Assembly: GCA_043797085.1 (NCBI GenBank)
Contig: JAZDQA010000003.1
Location: forward strand, 1-52,444
Reading direction: 5' to 3'
Origin: Pseudomonadota bacterium
Lineage (GTDB): Bacteria > Campylobacterota > Campylobacteria > Campylobacterales > Sulfurimonadaceae
DNA: 52,444 bases
Shown: positions 48,837 to 52,444 of the stretch, piece after piece
How the letters are laid out: every line of letters begins with the position of its first letter
How positions within the stretch are numbered: the first letter of the stretch is position 1
Notes under the pieces: model-generated
The model's input: the letters and a program-made list of their open reading frames with translations, nothing else
What the model was told of the DNA's origin: nothing
The model's database searches: none
Made by a program: the position numbers and the translations under genes

Positions 48837-49598
48837 ATGACACAATTTTTTCTTTTAGCATTTGTAATTCTCATTTTTTATTGGATAAGCAGAGGCTATT
48901 CACGCAATGCACACACTTATTCTCGCAAGCAGTTTCAAGAGTTTGTATTAACGAAAGAGCATCTTGCCAAAAGCGAGCTAGGGCTTTTTGTCGCACTGGT
49001 TGCTAAAGTTGCCAAAGCGGATGGAAGAGTAGATGAACTGGAAGCGGAGCTCATCAGTAATATGTTCAACGACATCAGCAGTCTCTTTCCCGAACCTCTC
49101 TCAACGAAAGAATTGCTCAAAGAGATTTTTGATTATGAAAAACAAATCTCCATCAATCTCGATCAAGTAGCATCAGCACTTAATGAAGCACTTGCAAACG
49201 ATGTCCATAAACGTTCACGGATGATGCAGTTTCTCGTCAATCTCTCTTATATCGACGGAGTTTTGAGTCACAGCGAAGAAGAAATGCTTCGAAAAATTGC
49301 AAAAGGACTTAACCTCAGTACCGATGAGCTGAATTCTATGTTGGAACAATTCGGATCACTTCACAGTCAAAGTATCAAAGAAAGTTCGATCGAGCAAGCC
49401 TATGCACTGCTAGGAATTACTTCCGAAACGCATACAGATGCTGTAAAAAAAGCATACAGAGCTAAAGTACGTGAATTTCATCCTGATATCATAAAATCGC
49501 AAGGAGCGTCAGACGAATATCTCAAAGAGGCAACAATAAAAGTACAAGAAATCAATGCTGCCTACGAGATGATTAAAAAAATACGAAAGATTGGGTGA
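48837..49598 (+). CDS. djlA: DjlA-like co-chaperone (TM + TerB + J domain)
   Basis: AKVAKADGRV TerB motif; HPD J-domain motif, INAAYE. Confidence 0.88.
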   Translation: MTQFFLLAFVILIFYWISRGYSRNAHTYSRKQFQEFVLTKEHLAKSELGLFVALVAKVAKADGRVDELEAELISNMFNDISSLFPEPLSTKELLKEIFDYEKQISINLDQVASALNEALANDVHKRSRMMQFLVNLSYIDGVLSHSEEEMLRKIAKGLNLSTDELNSMLEQFGSLHSQSIKESSIEQAYALLGITSETHTDAVKKAYRAKVREFHPDIIKSQGASDEYLKEATIKVQEINAAYEMIKKIRKIG

Positions 49599-49653
49599 CT
49601 TATCCGATAATATTATTTTCTTAAGCTTACGCTCTGTGCTATACTTTCACTAA

Positions 49654-49947
49654 ATGAAAGCAACAAGCACAACAACACCATTAAAAGCATCTTATTGTGT
49701 GTACATTCTGCGATGCAGTGATGATACGCTCTATACCGGAATTGCTTTGGATGTGGAAAAAAGGCTCTTAGAGCACAATAGCTCATCAAAAGGGGCTAAG
49801 TATACCCATTCTCGCCGTCCGGTTACTTTAGAGTATTCTGAGATATGTGTGAATAAAAGCACCGCACTTAAACGTGAAATGGGTATTAAAAAAATGAGTA
49901 GACTCCAGAAAAACATCTTAATAACCCAAAGTATTCCTAAGCCATGA
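49654..49947 (+). CDS. GIY-YIG nuclease (YhbQ/UPF0213-like)
   Basis: VYILRCSDDTLYTG..RL.EHN..GAKYT..RRPV..A.KRE. Confidence 0.9.
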   Translation: MKATSTTTPLKASYCVYILRCSDDTLYTGIALDVEKRLLEHNSSSKGAKYTHSRRPVTLEYSEICVNKSTALKREMGIKKMSRLQKNILITQSIPKP

Positions 49948-50165
49948 CCGTAAAACAAGACCAATTCATAACAATTGAAACTCCCAATGGAAGAACCTAT
50001 GGTGAATGCACGCATGCAGAAGTTTTAAGCATCCGCATGATTAATGGGCAATTTGTCTCGACACTGCATATAAAAGACAAACCAAAACGGTTGTCACGAA
50101 AAGATGCATTACTCTATTACACACAAAAGCTTAAACAACAATGGACTACCATCCACGATCTCTAA
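49944..50165 (+). CDS. Small hypothetical protein
   Basis: ATGA overlap with the GIY-YIG gene. Confidence 0.5.
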   Translation: MTVKQDQFITIETPNGRTYGECTHAEVLSIRMINGQFVSTLHIKDKPKRLSRKDALLYYTQKLKQQWTTIHDL

Positions 50166-50168
50166 GCT

Positions 50169-50864
50169 TTAGGGTACGATCTGTTGAGCTTTAAGATGTG
50201 CTTCTTGAGCACTTTCATTATCCCCTGCTTTTTTATAAATAATTGAGGCTCTATTAAAATAGTCTGCACTGTTTGCATTTTTAATATCCAACAGTTTTAC
50301 CGCATTGTCAAAATCATTTTCGTTTGCAAAACACTCTGCTATGTCTATTGCATGCCCGCGTTGAGAATGTGTTTCGATACTGTAATAGGCGCCATATTTA
50401 TAAATTTCTTTACGTGTGTCACCCGCTTGGTCATATTCCAAAGCTGCATTAGCACAATCAGCTTCGAGAAGGTATTTTTTGATACTGCTGATTTGTGATT
50501 CATAGTGCTTTTGAACTTCTTTCAATTTTCGCTTTTGCAGTTCAGACATGATTAAAAGAGTGATTAATATACCTATCGTCAATACAAGTATCAAATTCAG
50601 AAGGACCGACATTAGCTTCTTTGATTTTTTTATTGACGCTTTCTTGGTAGATTTTGCATCGTTAGCCGTCACGTCGCTCACTGTATCTATGACCGTAATT
50701 TTAGTTGCTTTTTCTCCATCGTGCTCAAAATTGACATCAGCACCAACACTAAGTTTTTCCGGATTTGTACAATCACCCATAAAAAAATGGTATTTATTTT
50801 CATTTTCATCTCTTAAAAATCCGCTTTTCATATCACGGTTATAATCTAATATTTTACCTTGCAT
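50169..50864 (-). CDS. Cold-shock-like OB domain + TM + TPR-like protein
   Basis: MQGKILDY..SGFL..YHFF..VGADVNFE resembles a CSD; single TM; helical C-terminus. Confidence 0.65.
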   Translation of the reverse strand: MQGKILDYNRDMKSGFLRDENENKYHFFMGDCTNPEKLSVGADVNFEHDGEKATKITVIDTVSDVTANDAKSTKKASIKKSKKLMSVLLNLILVLTIGILITLLIMSELQKRKLKEVQKHYESQISSIKKYLLEADCANAALEYDQAGDTRKEIYKYGAYYSIETHSQRGHAIDIAECFANENDFDNAVKLLDIKNANSADYFNRASIIYKKAGDNESAQEAHLKAQQIVP

Positions 50865-50945
50865 AGTTCTCAAGTTCCTTTCTAATCGCGCTTTTGATTC
50901 GAATGTTTAATAGCATCATAAGGTATTATAGCCGTGTTTAAATAT

Positions 50946-51998
50946 TTAGTGGCAGTATATTTCTACTTTTTGAATCGCTTCATCGATCGGATAACGATTT
51001 CGCCAAGAGACATATACTCTCCACTTGGTTCGATCTGCATCATCCATATCAACAATAACCGTATCAATATTCATCGCTTTTTCGACTTGAATAGTATTTG
51101 TAACGTAACGTGAAGTAAAAGTAAAATCGGGCAATACAAACGTTTCTAGCGGATTTTTTTCTGAGAGATTGATAAAATGCAACTTTGATCGAGCTAACAA
51201 ATACCCTTGTACAATGAGATCAGGATGTGCGGATTGATTATATGCGTCATTATAATCATGAGGTAACAGAGGATGGTGATTTTCAAGCCACGCTTCATCG
51301 TATGTCCCTGCATGTCTAAATCGATAATATGATGTTTTTTCAATGGCACCAAACCCTTGTGACAAATAGTGTTCATAAGGCTTATCGTGACGGATAAGCA
51401 TATCAGCTGATTCGATGCGGGGTGCTTGAATTACCTTATCAGTATGTTCTTTATGCACCAATCCGCACCCTGCTCGATTATACTCATCATAAATGTGATC
51501 TTCTTGATGTTTCAATGTGGCTTTCCCACCAAATGCGTGGGTATATCGAATCGGTATGCTCTTGCATTCTTCCGGTTTATCTAGTCTCCAGCCTATAAAT
51601 GCACGCCGCCAAAACCGCTCACCGTTTACACGCAATGTTTTTTTTAGGATCAGTTTATGGTACGGATCAAACACTTCAACAGCACAATCCCAACTGCGAT
51701 GGGGAACACGTTCTGGTGCATAGGCACGTGCATTGATGATAATATCTGTGTTGGGTTTATACGAGACGTAGTCAGACGGATATCGTAACTCTTTTTCATC
51801 ACCTTCTTTGATATAAATATCACTACCGAACAGTTCCCCCTGCTGGGAGTCAAGAGATAACTCCCACACACTATTCGTAGGATCGTTTTGTATCAGTTTA
51901 AATTTTACACGGCATAACGAACTCATATAGTTTTGATTTGATGCATCAGTATTTTCCCATGCCAGTGCAGGGAAAGGAGTATTATTCTTCAAACTCAT
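50946..51998 (-). CDS. DUF2169 T6SS accessory/adaptor protein
   Basis: SDYVSYKPNTDII.NARAYAP, V.GER.W, AFGG, AGTYDEAW..HPLLP.D motifs; follows vgrG. Confidence 0.9.
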   Translation of the reverse strand: MSLKNNTPFPALAWENTDASNQNYMSSLCRVKFKLIQNDPTNSVWELSLDSQQGELFGSDIYIKEGDEKELRYPSDYVSYKPNTDIIINARAYAPERVPHRSWDCAVEVFDPYHKLILKKTLRVNGERFWRRAFIGWRLDKPEECKSIPIRYTHAFGGKATLKHQEDHIYDEYNRAGCGLVHKEHTDKVIQAPRIESADMLIRHDKPYEHYLSQGFGAIEKTSYYRFRHAGTYDEAWLENHHPLLPHDYNDAYNQSAHPDLIVQGYLLARSKLHFINLSEKNPLETFVLPDFTFTSRYVTNTIQVEKAMNIDTVIVDMDDADRTKWRVYVSWRNRYPIDEAIQKVEIYCH

Positions 51999-51999
51999 A

Positions 52000-52444
52000 T
52001 TAGTTGATATCTACCAATTTGCTTTTGATTTCGACGTGTTCATTTCCCACAATCGAGACTTTGTTCCCCTGCATCATGATCGTTCCGTCGCTATTAAGAA
52101 TAATTGAGCTCGCTCCTACTTGGATTTCATACCGCTGTCCTACCATCGTGTATTTCATCGCTCCGACTTGCTCTGTACTGCTAATCCCCACCGTCTCATT
52201 CTTACTAGCGCCTACTGATACTTGATACCCTGCACCGATAGTCAGAGCTTTTGCAATATCAATCGTTTCGGTCTTGCTTTTGTTGACTCTCTCGGTTCGG
52301 TAGCCGTGGATGGTGACATCTTCGTTATTATCGACTGTCTCACTGCGGTCATGTTGGATATGTTCGGTTGCGTCATGGAGGACGAGGAGGCTGTAATCTT
52401 TTTGGGCTCTCATGTTGAACTGTTCATTGTTTTGAGCATCTTCG
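52000..52444 (-). CDS. vgrG: VgrG T6SS spike protein, C-terminal part (truncated by window edge)
   Basis: EQFNMRAQKD, gp5-like beta repeats, VGASSIIL..DG.I; directly upstream of DUF2169. Confidence 0.88.
   Translation of the reverse strand, partial: EDAQNNEQFNMRAQKDYSLLVLHDATEHIQHDRSETVDNNEDVTIHGYRTERVNKSKTETIDIAKALTIGAGYQVSVGASKNETVGISSTEQVGAMKYTMVGQRYEIQVGASSIILNSDGTIMMQGNKVSIVGNEHVEIKSKLVDIN

Noticed and set aside
49654..49947. Homing endonuclease or intron
   Set aside because: Standalone short YhbQ-type GIY-YIG, with no interrupted host gene or extra DNA-binding domain.

Overview
AT-rich bacterial chromosome segment. Gene content and RBS/promoter style point to Campylobacterota, Sulfuricurvum/Sulfurimonas-like (inference). 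(1) 1-16298 is the right part of an integrative genomic island ending at a duplicated 3' part of an initiator tRNA-fMet. It carries an integrase, an Xis/AlpA-like HTH, an AAA/RepA-like ATPase, iteron-like repeats, two unknown backbone genes and a second, atypical tyrosine recombinase. A ~10-kb type I restriction-modification operon (hsdM-hsdS-HEPN protein-AlbA/Schlafen protein-hsdR-YgjP) is bracketed by a 113-bp imperfect direct repeat containing a recombinase-core-like palindrome. (2) 16373-18278 is a 'ghost' second type I RM operon: hsdR, hsdM and hsdS survive only as fused terminal fragments, while two embedded cargo genes are intact. (3) The rest is mostly core/physiological: a diguanylate cyclase, an orphan nifE behind a NikR-boxed TonB receptor, nikR, a DMT transporter, MscS, a LolA-like/ABC/outer-membrane barrel operon, dnaE, a 9-heme lipoprotein cytochrome c with a two-component system and porin, an oxidative-stress cluster (SOR-like, sodB, Crp/Fnr, DpsL, ankyrin), ybgC, NfeD/SPFH, djlA, GIY-YIG, and the end of a vgrG-DUF2169 T6SS locus. 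All calls are by eye from motifs; no database search was run.
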